Source: Dendrobates tinctorius (Eukaryota). Taken from it: a DNA stretch of 64,000 nucleotides. A model generated the notes under the pieces. The model searched no databases, had not been told where the DNA came from, and saw only the letters and a list, made by a program, of their open reading frames with translations. Below are positions 25,867 through 38,533 of the stretch, piece by piece (the first letter of the stretch is position 1; every line of letters begins with the position of its first letter). The DNA is taken from contig NW_027361739.1 of assembly GCF_039654945.1 (NCBI RefSeq), positions 2,232,001-2,296,000 on the forward strand, given 5' to 3'. The position numbers and the translations under genes were made by a program.

Positions 25867-26341
25867 AGGCCCCGTCACACTAAGCGATCTCGCCAGAGAG
25901 ATCGCTGTGTGTGACAGGGATCAGCGACCGGCCCCCTTGTCGGTTATCGCTGATCGTGCTCGAGCAGTCTGGGCCATTTTTCGATTGCTGGTCTCCCGCT
26001 GCCCAGCGCGCATCACTGCGTGTGGCAGCGAGAGACCAGCGATCAGGGACGCTGGTTGCTAATGTAAACGTCGGGTATCCAGGAGCCGCGGCTCCTGGAT
26101 ACACACTGTTTACCTTGGAAACCGCCATACACGCTGGTTTCCAAGGTAAACAGCGGGTATCCAGGAGTCGCGCGGCTCCTGGATACCCGACGTTTACATT
26201 AGAAACCAGCGTCACTGGTCCTGATCGCTGGGGCTGTCTATGTGACAGCTCACCAGCGATCAGCCTAACGATGTCCCAGCAATCCCATCATGTCGGATCG
26301 TTGGTGGGATCGCTGGGACATCGTTATGTGTGACGGGGCCT
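25867..26341. mobile_element. Harbinger-type MITE nested in another MITE (~25720-26394)
   Basis: Perfect 14-bp TIR aggccccgtcacac; TTA TSD; internal hairpins gggtatccaggagccgcggctcctggatac. Confidence 0.88.
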
Positions 26342-27721
26342 TTACACATACTGAGGTAAAATATTGACCAAATATTGAAGGTGTGAACACGGCCTAAGCA
26401 TAAGTGATGAAGACCAAACAGGGATGCACTATACGGATACATACAGGTTTAATGGATATGATTATAGATTTCTCAACTACAGTAACTAAGTTTTTCAGAC
26501 AAAATTTGTTTTAGGGAAACACTTAACGAACAACAAAATAAAGTCTTTGTGCACTTTTTCCGTTAATCTCCTTTTCATATTCTGTCTCATAATATACCTA
26601 AAACTGAAGACCATTTTCTGTGTGCCCATTAGGAGATAAGCTGCGTCCTCTTCCTCATCACTGTCCTGTGTGCGGCTGTTTGACAACGACCTGCAGCATG
26701 GGCCTTCCGCTCTTTGCCCTTGGATAACCGGTGAGGCTCATGCCAACCACCACCGAAGAGGGAACTGAGCAACCTGTGTTTTCTGCCGGATTTCTCCCAG
26801 ACTGGCTGTTTCAAATGCACGTAGTTGAGATAGCAAATTAGTGAATGGAATCAATATTCAATTCAATCAACAGCATCATTTAACTTCATTATCCGGCTTG
26901 TAACCGCTGCATTGCTGAAGGACCCGATAAACACATTAGATATTGGTAGGATATAATCCCCAAAAACGGATTACACCATGAGCAGGCGATAACAGCATAG
27001 ATATATAGTATATTCTTTGCTATTAACATGACCTCAATTGGTCCCACAAAAAAAATTAGGGGGAAGGAAGAGTACAATAGATATAAAAGCTTTCACGCTT
27101 TTAAAAAAACATGGTAAAAAAAGCTTGCAATACTAATCATTAGCATTAATGAAAGCAATTAGGAGATGGAGGAACATGTATTAAGTAGATTCAAAATCCG
27201 CAGCATTATTGTATCACATTTCTGACTCATCGAAAGATCACAGGTTCTACGTGCCACCACACCAGTGTCTCACTTTATCACCCCAAAGACCCCCAGAGAG
27301 CCTGGTCTGCTTATAAAGGCTCCTTGTCAGGCATGTGATTTCTTATGAGTGGAGGCTTCTCGTTAGCATTTGCTAATTGCATCACAGAGAAATCTGATTA
27401 GCATAAATGAGGGTTGTGTGACAGTTCCACATTACAGGCAGCTCTTGCAGTCTGATAATTCCTCCACAGCCAGTGTCGGATGGTGGTGCTAAGGACCCAC
27501 CAGTAACCAACTCCAGGGCCCCACTTTTCAGCTACAAATGTGATATTATCCTCAATCACAAATTTATATAACGATGAACTGGGTAGGTTGGTAAATTAAT
27601 AACATTTGTCTGTACATAGTGATTGAAGTACTGTATATTGTGCCAATTACTGCTCATATAAGAGGGTGGTAGCCCACTGTTGCACAGTGGAGTATTCTCC
27701 AGTTAGCCAGACCAAGCCGTC

Positions 27722-28262
27722 ATCCAGGGTCCCCACCATACAGTACGATGCCCCCTTCCCACAGAGTCCCCCCCAGAAAAGTACGATTCCTCCTAAGGGT
27801 CCTCACCATAAAGTACAATGCCCCCTTCCCCAGGGTCCCCACAATACAGTACGATGCCCCCTCCCCCTGGGTCCCCACGATACAGTATGCTGCTTCCCCC
27901 CATGGTCCCCACCATACAGTACATTGCCCGCTCACCACTATACAGTAGAATGCCGCTCCTCAGGGTTCCCAGCATACAATATGTTGCCCCCCTCCACAGG
28001 GACTACACCACACAATATGATGTACCCTCCCCAGGGTCCCCACCATCCAATACGATACATCCTCACCCCATGTCCTCACCATATAATACAATGCTTCTCT
28101 CTGGGACCCCACCATACAGTACATTGCCCCCTCCCCCCTATCCAGTACAATACCACCTCCTCAGTGTTCCCACCTTACAATATGAAGTTCATCACCATAC
28201 AAAATGATGCCCCCGCGGGTCCCCACTATGCAATAGAGATGCATACAGTACGATTCCCTCCC
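27722..28262. repeat. Degenerate ~31-bp minisatellite
   Basis: Units resembling cagggtccccaccatacagtacgatgccccct. The Pro-rich ORFs here are artefacts of the repeat. Confidence 0.85.
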
Positions 28263-29704
28263 TCAAGGGAACAAACTGCAAAGATGAATATCAGCATCAT
28301 ATACATAATTATAGAGGCTGTCAAGCTATATCCACAGCTTCCAGCATGCCCTGCCCAACTGTGCATAAACATACTGTTAACTGGATTTACAACATTTCAG
28401 ACATTCACAAATGTCATTTGTTTAGGCCAAATGTTTTCTGGGGGTCAGGTTCTGTTTTTCCCAAAACATAGCTCGGAGTATTTGGACACATGCCTCTTGG
28501 TGTATTTTGTCTCTCGTGTAAAGGACAGAACACCAACATAAAAAATGGACATCTTAATGGGGTCTAAGCCCTTTTAGAATAGCAAAAAGATTTGCAGGTT
28601 CCTGCTCCAAGGGCTACCAAGAAAGCTGCAAATCTCCTCCTACCTTGAGGCTTTCCCGATGCCTCTTCAGGTTAGTAGGCTTTGTATGACGCCATCATTG
28701 TGACGCGATGTATACATGACGCCCCATCTAGTAATCAGAAGAGGCGCAGAGTATGGCAGCAGGTAAGGTGATTCGCAGGGCTCTGGTCCAGGGACCATGG
28801 GCTACCAAGGGTCCTATGGATGTTTTTGCTTTAGTCTATTCTAGGGGTCTTGCTCCTAGCACAGAATCTCTCTGTAATATGACCTAGGGCAGCACTAGAA
28901 GCAGCACTCAGCCCCATAGTAGGCCTTGGCCATCTGGATGAACCCTACTAATGCTCCGAATCATTGGAAATGTAACGATAATTGCTACATGTAATCCTCA
29001 GGATTAACTTCATTGTACGTTTATCCATTTTAATAAGTGTAGGAATTACCAGGCAATTCATAGCACTGAAGATACCTGCAGGGAAAGGAAAAGTAGCAGG
29101 AAATGTATTCAATCTGTCAAGTCAAAATAAGGCGAAACTGAAGAAAGAGAAAGAATGGGGACCAGAGGTTGCACGGGGTCAGGCGATGGGTCAGACAGCG
29201 TGGCCCATGGAGGCTTCATCTGCCAGAATATGCAGCGTTCCCACAGCTGCTGCCTGCTCAGAGCTCCTTAAATCAGAACTAATCTGATGTGGCAGGCTCA
29301 TAAATATTCATATTCAATATATTTATGCCCGGCGTCACTGCACGTCTAACGGACAGCAGGGATATTAATGCGGATAAATCAGCGCGTCTCACCCAATAAT
29401 TATTCAAAAAAGCATGTTGCACGGCCATCACTTTCTTTACCGTACAAAGGGGCCAAAAACATTCACTAAAAGGATTAAAACCTGGAATAGGAAACATATG
29501 ACTGTGGTGGACACAGCGGCCCACTGTACCCGAGGACGAACCGTCATACCGTGACATCAGCTACACTATAAGTAATTGAAATGCCAAGGAGACAAGGGGG
29601 AAATGCTAGATTTGGAAGCATCCCTACATTCAGGGATTTCTTAGAAAAAAATGTCCTATCTCCAGGCTGCAGGAAGCAACACAGATTCCTTCTTGCAGCC
29701 TTAA

Positions 29705-30040
29705 AGGGAATTTGTTGTCAGGTTTTTGCTACCTCATTTGAGAGCAGCATAATGTAGGAAAAGAGACCCTGATTGCAGCGATGTATCACTTAGTTTAGTG
29801 GGTGCAGCCATTCTGACACAATCAGTTTTTAAATGTAAAACAGCTCAGAAAGCTGCCCCCGCCCACACATCTTTTGTGTACATTGCATGTTGACAGTAAG
29901 CTGCTTATCAGAGAAGATGGCGTGGTCAGACCACTTGGCACAGTGGAGCTAGTGTGGGCAGTGATACTCTCCTGATGGTAAAACATTCACTGTATGAAAA
30001 AAAAACACACAGTCTAATAAGTGACACATCCCTGAAATCT
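29705..30040. mobile_element. Kolobok/T2-type MITE, right end truncated next to the DIRS
   Basis: Start ttaa+agggaatttgttgtcaggtttttgctacctc; same family as 34937-35317. Confidence 0.65.
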
Positions 30041-30061
30041 ACTACTGAAAACATCCCTGAA

Positions 30062-31050
30062 AACTACTGCTTGTAACACCTTACGACCGAAGGTCGTCTG
30101 GCTAGCTGCTAGCTTGTCCAATTTATAGTGTCTACAGAAAGTGTCTAGTGTAGACTAAGTGGCGGCCCTGTATATTTGTTGTACTGAGGCTCCCGCCTTC
30201 TCTGTCCATGACGTTGCTATCGCCCTAGTGGAATGAGCTCTAAGCTCCCTGGTATAGGTAATCCCTCGGCGTCGCATGCTGAGGAGATAATTTGACTTAT
30301 CCACCCTGCTAGGGTGTGCGTATATGCGCCTTTATCTTTATTATGCCCTCATATTGGATAAACAATTTTGTGTCCTGTCGCCACTCCTGAGTGGCCTCTA
30401 AGTAGCGTGTGGCCGCTCGTCTGACGTCCAATGAGTGAAAGAATCTTACTTCGTTTTCCGTGGATAGGCAGAATGAGGGTAGGACTATCTCCTGGTTTAA
30501 ATTCTGGGGAGATACTACCTTAGGGAGGAATCCTGGGTTCAGTTTTAGTATTATGCAATCGTCGAATATTTGAATGTAGGAGTTCTGAACTGACAGGGCC
30601 TGGATTTTACCCAGCTGCTTGGCTGAGGTGATGGCTACTAAAAGGACGTTTTTTTGTGTAAGTTTTGTGACATTTATCTCGGATATTGGCTCATATGGGG
30701 GCCTGCATAGAGCGTTAAGCACCAGATTTAAGTCCCCCAGAGCACTGTTTTCCTTAACGTGGGTCTTAATCTCTGTATGGCTTTTGTAAAACGAGCCATC
30801 CATGGATGAAGAGGTGAATTAAAGTACTCCAAGCTGCTCTCTGAACTTCCCATGTGCTTGGACTCAGACCTTTATTAAATCCTGCCTGGGGGAAGTCAAG
30901 GATTTGAGGGATATCTGGGCGAGACGGATCTATGGGGATACTACCACCTTCTGAACAGAACTTCTCCCAGATTTACGATAGATTGCACTCGTAACGGCTT
31001 ACGGCTGGTCTGCATCGTTGAGATCACTTGGTCGGAGAGACCTTTGGATT
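30062..31050 (-). pseudogene. DIRS tyrosine recombinase pseudogene
   Basis: ORF 30309-30803 plus frameshifted flanking fragments that include the HSTR box II motif. Confidence 0.85.
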
Positions 31051-33637
31051 TTAGGATCACTCTCTCAGGATCCATGCTGCCAACTGTAGGTTCCCCAGAT
31101 TTGGGTGCAGAACTGGGCCTTGGGAAAGTAGATCCTCTGGCGTTGGTAGATGGAGCAGTCCTTCCTGAGCCGTCTTCTTCAGGAGGTGGAACCAACTTTG
31201 CCTGGGCCCGAAGGGTATCACTAGCGTCACCCACCTTTTCCCTGGATCTTGCTGAGGTCTCTCAGTATTATAGGAATAGGGGGAAAACCGTATAGCAGTC
31301 CCCCACTCCATCTCCGATCCAAGGTCTCAACCACTTTTGGATGGTCTGCTGGATTGAGGGAGAAGAATCTCTGTAGCTTGGTGTTCTTCCTTGTCACGAA
31401 GAGGTTTAGCTGAGGGGTTCCCCACCGATGGCACAAGTCCATGAATATCTCCTCTTTCACTTCCCACTTGGTGGCTCTGACTTCTTGTCTGTTCAGATAG
31501 TTGGCTATGTTGTTCCTGGGGCCCTGCAGGTGTATCGCTGATATGGAGCGAACATTATTCTCTGCCCAGGTAAAGATGCGGGCTGCCAGGTCCTGAAGCT
31601 TTCCCCCTGGTGGCGTAAGAAAGACACTGTAGTTACGATGTTTGACCTGGCTTTCCTAAGTTGGCCCTGTAGACTCGACCGGCTTCGTTTTAGTGTCTCC
31701 CAAACTGCTCGTAGCTCTCTGTAGTTTTAGGACTGTGAACTGATGCTTCCAGGCCATGTCCTTGGAGGTACCTTCCAGATGGGCCCCCCATCCTTCCCTG
31801 CTGGCGTCCGAGACGATAGTCACGTATGGTGATGGGATCCGAGGCCCCACCAGGCTGATGGATCCTGTGACTGGTTCACCGCCATGGAGATGATTTTAGG
31901 GCTGGGGACGGTCGAGTCTCTTTGCCCAGAGCAGTCTGCCGTCTGACCCATTTGACCAGATTTCCTTGCAGACTTCCTGTGTGAGCCTGGTTCCACTTTA
32001 TGCAGGGTATGCCTGCTGTCAGGGTCTCTAGGATCTTTATTGTGGTCTTTTTTGCATATTCGATCTCGCCATAGCTGACGAACCCTGTTCCTGGTGTCTC
32101 TTTTCCTTCTTCCAGTAAAACAAGATTCTTGTTTTGGGATCTAACGTGACTCCCAGGATTTTTTCCCGGGTATCTGGCTGCGTTGTTCAGGATCCAACCT
32201 AGGTTTCAGAGTGTGGCGATTACCCCGAGTTGTCTTCTTAGCTCTGAGGCTGAGAAAGTCGTACAGGTATGCTGCCTCTTAAGTGTGCCCTGATCCTGGC
32301 GACCCGCTTCGTAAACCCCGGGGTGCTGAAGCTAGGCCGAAAGGCAGAGCCTGAAACTTAAATGGTAGTAACTGCTTCCCATTTCTAGTGTGAACCGCAG
32401 GAACCTCTGAGGGTGAGGGTGTATGGGAACGTGATAGTATGCACTCCTGGATCTATTGTGCATATTGCAGCGTTCTGATGTATCCGGGGAACGGTGGTTT
32501 TCGGGACTCCATTCGAAACTTTGCGTCGGATCCCTTGGTTTAGTGGTTCTAAATTTGTAATGGTCCGACTCTCCCCCGGAGGTTTTTTTTTTTGTAGAGA
32601 GTTGAATAGTGGCCCTGACCTCTCTCTGTTTCTAGAACCGGGACCATGATTTCTGATCTTAGCAGATCCTTTACGTCTGCCCATATAGGGTCTATAAGGG
32701 TTTTGGGCGAGGATTTGTAACTACAAACCGTCCGGGGGGGGTTATAAATTCGAGGGTATAGCACTGGGAACCTGTATTCAGGGTCCGATGGTTCTGGGGG
32801 ATGAGCCCCCTGATCCGAGAAGTGTTTAAAGGGAACCTCCAATCAGTATGGCGTCACTGCCTGTTGCAGGAACTTTGTCCTGTGCGAGGAGGGGGATCCT
32901 ACTCTTCACCCCTTCTGATGCTCCCAGTGAGCCAATTTCCCCTCTTTCTATAATCCTGCCTTTGGAAAGGGCGGACCTCTGAAGGGAAACCTTTTGTCCT
33001 TCCACGGGACTGTTTTTTAATGTCGGTGGCATTCTCCAGTGTTGTATCTAAGACCGGTCCAACTATCTTCCTGCCTGAGAAGGTATGGCACCTAACTTAT
33101 TTTTCGACTGGTAAACCCCTGACCAGATTTTCATCCATAAGGCTTGGTGAGCCGTCTTGGGTAAAGAATTATTCCTGGCCGCAAAACACACCGATTCGGG
33201 TGAAGAGCCCAACAGGAATCTAGCCCCATGCTGGGACGCCACCGTAAGCTGTCATCTGGCGCCCGGAAGTGATGCGGCCCTGGGGATGATGCGGCATGTG
33301 ACGGCGGGAGCCGAGAGCCCCGCTGAGGGGAAGCGGCTCCGAGTCCCGGAGCAGCGCTCCACGGATGCCTGGCGGAGAACCCCCCTTAGGGGGGTGCCGC
33401 CCCGGGCCATCTGACGGGAGGATTTGGTGTTTGGACCCCGATCCCCCTGGCTTCTTCTGCTGGATGCCGCGGCTCTCTTCCTCCGCGGTGCTCTCGTGCC
33501 TGTCCTTACAGGGACAGGAAAAACACTGGAGTGTGACAGTGGGAGGGGACCTTTTAACCTCTCGTGCATTTCCTGTCCCTAGAAGGATGAAGGCGGGACA
33601 ACCCCCATGGTGCTGTCAGGATCGGACGTCCTGGAAA
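30062..33637 (-). mobile_element. Decayed DIRS1-type tyrosine-recombinase retrotransposon
   Basis: Minus-strand order: 5' end tttccaggacgtcc...ctgacagcacc; RT remnants (RTITNLEPLN); RNase H (VTIVSDASREGWGAHL); methyltransferase-like domain (HRWGTPQLNLF...LLYGFPPIPII); YR (LNLVLNALCRPPYEP, AITSAKQLG, FLPKVVS, AHSTRAIATSW, FGRKVLQ). The gag region is largely deleted and the 3' LTR/ICR is absent. Confidence 0.9.
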
Positions 33638-33744
33638 TCTTGTTTAACAGATGACCAGATCTCTCACGTCAGCAGAGCAGCACATCACCCTAAAATATTA
33701 GCCATCATTCTGTCTTCGTTCACATTTTGTATTAAGGGGTCTTT

Positions 33745-34225
33745 TACAAGGAATCTATCACCAGGGTTTTGCCATCTAATCTGACAGCATCATGATGTAA
33801 GGGCAAAGACCCTGATTCTAGCAATGTGTCACTTACTGGGCTTCTTGCTGCTTTGATAAAATCACTGTTTTGTCACTAGAGGGACTAGTAAACCTGCTGC
33901 TAGATAGTCTTCCGTAGTCATGATATTTTTATAACCACTCCCCCACCTTTGATTGGTAGCTTTCGCTGTACACTGTGTATAGGCTGAAAGCTGCCAATTA
34001 GTGTGGGGAAGGATGGGAGGAGAGAATAGACAGAGCTCAAAAATATGGAGGATTAGGTTGCTGCAGATTTGTCTCCTCAGTGAAAATCCCATACTTATAA
34101 AACATTTTAGTAAAACTACAGTAAATACCCAGTAAGTGACACATCGATGGAATCAGGAACTCTGCCTCTACATTATGCTGCTTTCATACAGGAGAGCACA
34201 AACCGGGTGATAAAGTTTCTCTAAA
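33745..34225. mobile_element. Kolobok/T2-type MITE
   Basis: Ends aaggaatctatcaccagggttttgc / aaaccgggtgataaagtttctctaa; internal inverted gtgtcacttactggg / cccagtaagtgacac. Confidence 0.65.
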
Positions 34226-34318
34226 TAAATCATATGTTCACTGTATGTGCCACAAAAATGAGTTCATGAAGTGTATACAACACTCAAAGTCTGGTGTGCA
34301 GACAACAGGTATACCTAA

Positions 34319-34712
34319 AGGGCCTGTCACACTAAGCAATATCGCTAGCAATATCGCTGTAACGTCACTGGTTTTGTGACGTTATAGCGATATTGCTAGC
34401 GATATCGCTATGTGTGACACCTCCGACCGGCTCCCCGCTGGTCATCACTGATAGCGCGAGAACGTCCTGGGCCGTTTCTCGTCGTCAGCTTCCTGCTGGG
34501 CTTCCTGTGGCGCCGACGAGCGACGCGGGCGGGAGGACGTCAGGATCGCCTAGTGTGACAGGTAAGTAGCGACCCCCGACCGCTGCTATGTCGCTGGTGA
34601 GATCTCCCTGTGTGGCAGCTCACTAATGACCACTTAGCGATGCACCAGCGATCCTGACTGCGTCATATCGCTGGTCGGGATCGCAGGTGCATCGCTAAGT
34701 GTGACAGTACCT
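34319..34712. mobile_element. Harbinger-type MITE (ATCGCT-rich family)
   Basis: Ends agggcctgtcacact / agtgtgacagtacct, flanked by TAA and TTA. Confidence 0.82.
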
Positions 34713-34936
34713 TTAGGCTGTGTTTCCCATTGTAATCATGATGCTCACATATTTCATTACAGAGAACTCATCAGCACCAGTCACGTTCATTTAAAAAAAA
34801 AAAGTATTCTCTATAAAATAAAATTGATGCACGTTCTGCATTGTGTCATCCCTCCATTATTCCTCCTGCAATGTAGAAGCTCGATTGGGAAATACCATTC
34901 CATCGGTTCATAGCACAAATTCTCAAGTATTAGTAA

Positions 34937-35317
34937 TGGGAATCTGTCAGCAGGTTTTTGCTATGTAATCTGAGGACAGCAGGATGTAGGGGTGAAACCA
35001 CTGAACTCAAGGATGTGTCCCATGTCCGGCTGTGATTGTTTACTTAGACTGAAGGATTAATCACCTTTTGAGACCTGTTCTGACTCCGCCCCTTCCTGTG
35101 GTAAGCAGCTCACTGTCTATAGAAATTGTGCACAGGGAGTCTGATGAGGGCGGGGTTAGCTTTCTCAGCTCTGCTGCACTGCTAAATCTGAAAACTCTGA
35201 ATGTGTGAGAACGGCTGCACCCAGTAAACTAAGTGATACATCGTTGGATTCAGGGTCTCTCTGCCTATATCATGCTGCTCTCAGATGAGGTATCAAAAAC
35301 CTGCTGACAGATTCCCT
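34937..35317. mobile_element. Kolobok/T2-type MITE
   Basis: TIR gggaatctgtcagcaggtttttg / caaaaacctgctgacagattccc followed by ttaa. Confidence 0.82.
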
Positions 35318-36609
35318 TTAAATAGTCAGGACTTACAAGAGAAGCCGTAACACCCGGTTGCTAATTTATTCAGATATTTCCAGGAAGAATACTCGAAAAT
35401 GTTAATCTTATAGAGGAATTTACTAATGCAGACATGTGAGGAATGACCTAAAACCCTTAAAAACCCAAAATCCTTTTACGATTTTGTGAATGGCTTGTTA
35501 ATATCACCTCTTCTGCCTCTCCCCACTGCCAACTCAATTAGTAGGCATTAGAAGAGAAAAGATGTCATGCTTGGCAAAGTTCCTCTCAAGATCTGCAAGT
35601 TTATCTTGTAAATATTTCAAAGCCTTCTGCCAAGGAGAGCACAGCGCCTGCGCAGTTACCGCAATCACCCTGCCAGCTTGGCATAAATAATGAATGGCGA
35701 AGGGCTGGCGCCTGCCTATGCCTCTCTTAGGGTTACTCTGCTCAGAGGCAGATACACTTCCCTGGGCCTGACTGCGGGGCACTGTCTGCCTACTGCATAT
35801 AATGGAGAGCAGGCGTGACGCTGGCAGCTACAGAAAGGCCGGCGGCTTTGTAGCCTCTTAGTAACAATTAACCATATTTCCTGCATGCGAGTTTGCCCAG
35901 TAATGTGTGAAGCGGGCAGACACATGCCACAGCACACTGGGATGTCAGTGTATCTAATTATCAGTGGGCACAGGATCACAGAAACCAGAGAGCACATAGA
36001 TGGCGCCAGTAGCGGTTTTACAGGCAGACTTAGTGGCCACTTGCCTTCGGCATCTGCAAGTGAAGGAAACTCGGAGTAGGAAATCATTGATTCCAGTATA
36101 ATCTGTAAACGAGCAGAGCCGTTACTGGGTCAACTCTAATTGTGCAAATGTGAAGAGATCCAGAGCGCGGCTCCTGCTCTTCTCGGGCTACGATTAAATA
36201 CATGACAATTGTCGGCTGTCATCTACACACAAGGATATTATGCCAAGATATGGAAAGGAAAAAATGCCCATAATTTGGCTAAAAAAATCCTTTGCCCTTT
36301 CCTTACATTGTGAATTAAAAGGGTTTTCTGGTTTCGGAACAGCCCTGTCCCCCAGCTGCAATTTGTTAAGGAAGACTAAAATAAACTGCGCTTTTGTCAC
36401 TATCCCAAGGTCCAGCGCTGAGTCTCCATCATTGCTCCTGAGATCTATTACTGTCTGCAGCGCTGACGTCACATTGCCAGTGCTGTAGCCAGTATTTGGG
36501 CTAAGCGGTACTGACAGAGTTGACAGTACGAGCGGCCAAATTCACAGATTGGCTACAGAGATGATCATAAAAAAGCATGGCTTATTTTTTTTTTTTTTTT
36601 TAAATAGCA

Positions 36610-37130
36610 CCTCCATGAGTCACTGGAGGCATCACCGAGCCACAGCCATGCTTCATAGTAGGCATCACTGGGCAACCATCATGCTTCAATGTAGGCATCA
36701 ACGAGACACATTCATGCTTCACTGTAAGGCATCATCAAGCCACCACCATGTGTCACTAAAGGCATCACTGAGCCACCACCATTGGTAACTGGAGGTATTA
36801 TTACTCCATAACCATCACAAAGGCATCACAAAGCCACCGTAATGCCACCACGTGTCACTGAAGGCGTCACTAAGCCACCACGAGTCACTGAAAATATCAT
36901 TGAGCCACCACCAGGCATCACTGAAAGCATAATCGAGCCACCACCATGTGTCACTGAAGGCATCACCAAGCCACCATCATGCGTCACTGAAGGAGTCACT
37001 AAGCAACCACCAGGAGTCACTGTAGGAATTGAACTACCACCATGCTTCACTGAAGGCATCGTCACGACACTACTATGCATCACTAAAGGTATCACCGAGC
37101 CACCACCATGCGTCACCTTGAGCATCACCA
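36610..37130. repeat. ~30-33-bp minisatellite
   Basis: Units resembling gagccaccaccatgtgtcactgaaggcatcact; they generate the repetitive EPPPCVTEGIT ORF. Confidence 0.9.
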
Positions 37131-37707
37131 AGAATATCTTTTCTTGATCTTTTCAGCATATGCTTCATTCTTCCTCCTCCTCAGGCTGAAAAATTGCAGT
37201 CTTGCTTCACTGTTTCACTTTGAACTTGTGAACTCTTCTTCAATTGTATTTCTCGGAACACTCAATGTCTTTGCATCGTTTTTGTGAAAGGCAACAATCC
37301 TAACTTTTTGCACCACTCATCCCAACATTGGCCAACTTGAGGAATTTTCATCCATTATTTAAAAAAAAAAAAATGGCAACGGTGATGTAAAATAGCAAAA
37401 AGCCATCATCTTATGCAAAAAAAACAGCATGTGACATAATGTTTGCAATTATTGAGGCTAAAACATCCAATGCAAAACCATTGATAAATCCTCCCCAATA
37501 GGATAACTGGAAGTGATAGAATCATAGGTGGGAGTCTCCTGGTCTGAAGGTTCTAGTCCATCCATAGCCAGCAGGAATATACTACATTTCGCCCTCATTT
37601 CGCCCTGATGCTGAACCAATGGCAAATATGTTCACCATAGAGTCTGCTTCAATTTCAAAAAGTGCTTTTTTTAAGTAACTTTTTTTTAATATAAATTTAC
37701 GCAACTG

Positions 37708-38059
37708 AAGAGGAGACTGAGAGGAGACTTAATAGCTGTCTACAAATATCTAAAGGGCTGTCACATTGTAGAAGGATCATCTTTATTCTCATTTGCACAA
37801 GGAAAGACTAGAAGCAATGGGATGAAACTGAATGGGAGGAAACACAGATTAGATATTAGAAAAAACTTTTTGACAGTTAGAGTGATCAATGAGTGGAACA
37901 GGCTGCCACGTGAAGTGGTGAGTTCTCCTTCAATGGAAGTCTTCAAACAGAGGCTGGACAGACATCTGACTGGGATGATTTAGCGAATCCTGCTTTGAGC
38001 AGGGGGTTGGACCAGATGGCCCAGGAGGTCCCTTCCAACTCTACGAGTCTATGATTCTA
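37708..38059 (+). mobile_element. CR1 LINE 3' fragment
   Basis: Highly similar to 10610-10958; RRLRGDLIAVYKYLKG motif and tail ctatgattcta. Confidence 0.92.
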
Positions 38060-38533
38060 ACTTTCTGTAATGGAATAGATAGTTGAATTTTTGAAATATT
38101 AGGAGTGGACATTATTTTTTAAAATTTTCGCCCGCATTTAGATCCCCACAGACCAGTGAGGAGCACATTTATTTACCCAAAGATTCACATATTATAGGTC
38201 CAAGAGTTCTGGTCTGACAGCACTTTGTGGAGACTCATTCCTGTATAGCATTCATATGGTTACAAAATCCATCATCTTTCAAATGAGCAGAATGTAAAAA
38301 AAAAAATCATTATTATTCCACACACCAGTAAAGAGGAGTTTTCGAGAGAGATTATGTGAAAACAAGTGTAAATCCCTCTTGATTTAATTCCCCTTTGTAA
38401 CAAACGTTAATAGGAAAATAAGGTATGCAAGACATTTTGCAGCATGATGAATATTTTTTCCACCTCAGGGTGTCTTGATGTACCCATATATTATAGATGT
38501 TTGCTGACATTGCCAATTTGAGAGGACCAGCTA

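Noticed and set aside
26495-26820. Acidic ORF fragment (QDSDEEEDAA) as an exon
   Set aside because: No convincing flanking acceptor and donor pair.
27666-28541. 291-aa Pro/His-rich ORF
   Set aside because: Translation of a degenerate minisatellite; non-ATG start, no splice signals and no domain.
36826-37147. Mucin-like repetitive ORFs on both strands
   Set aside because: Product of the 30-33-bp minisatellite.
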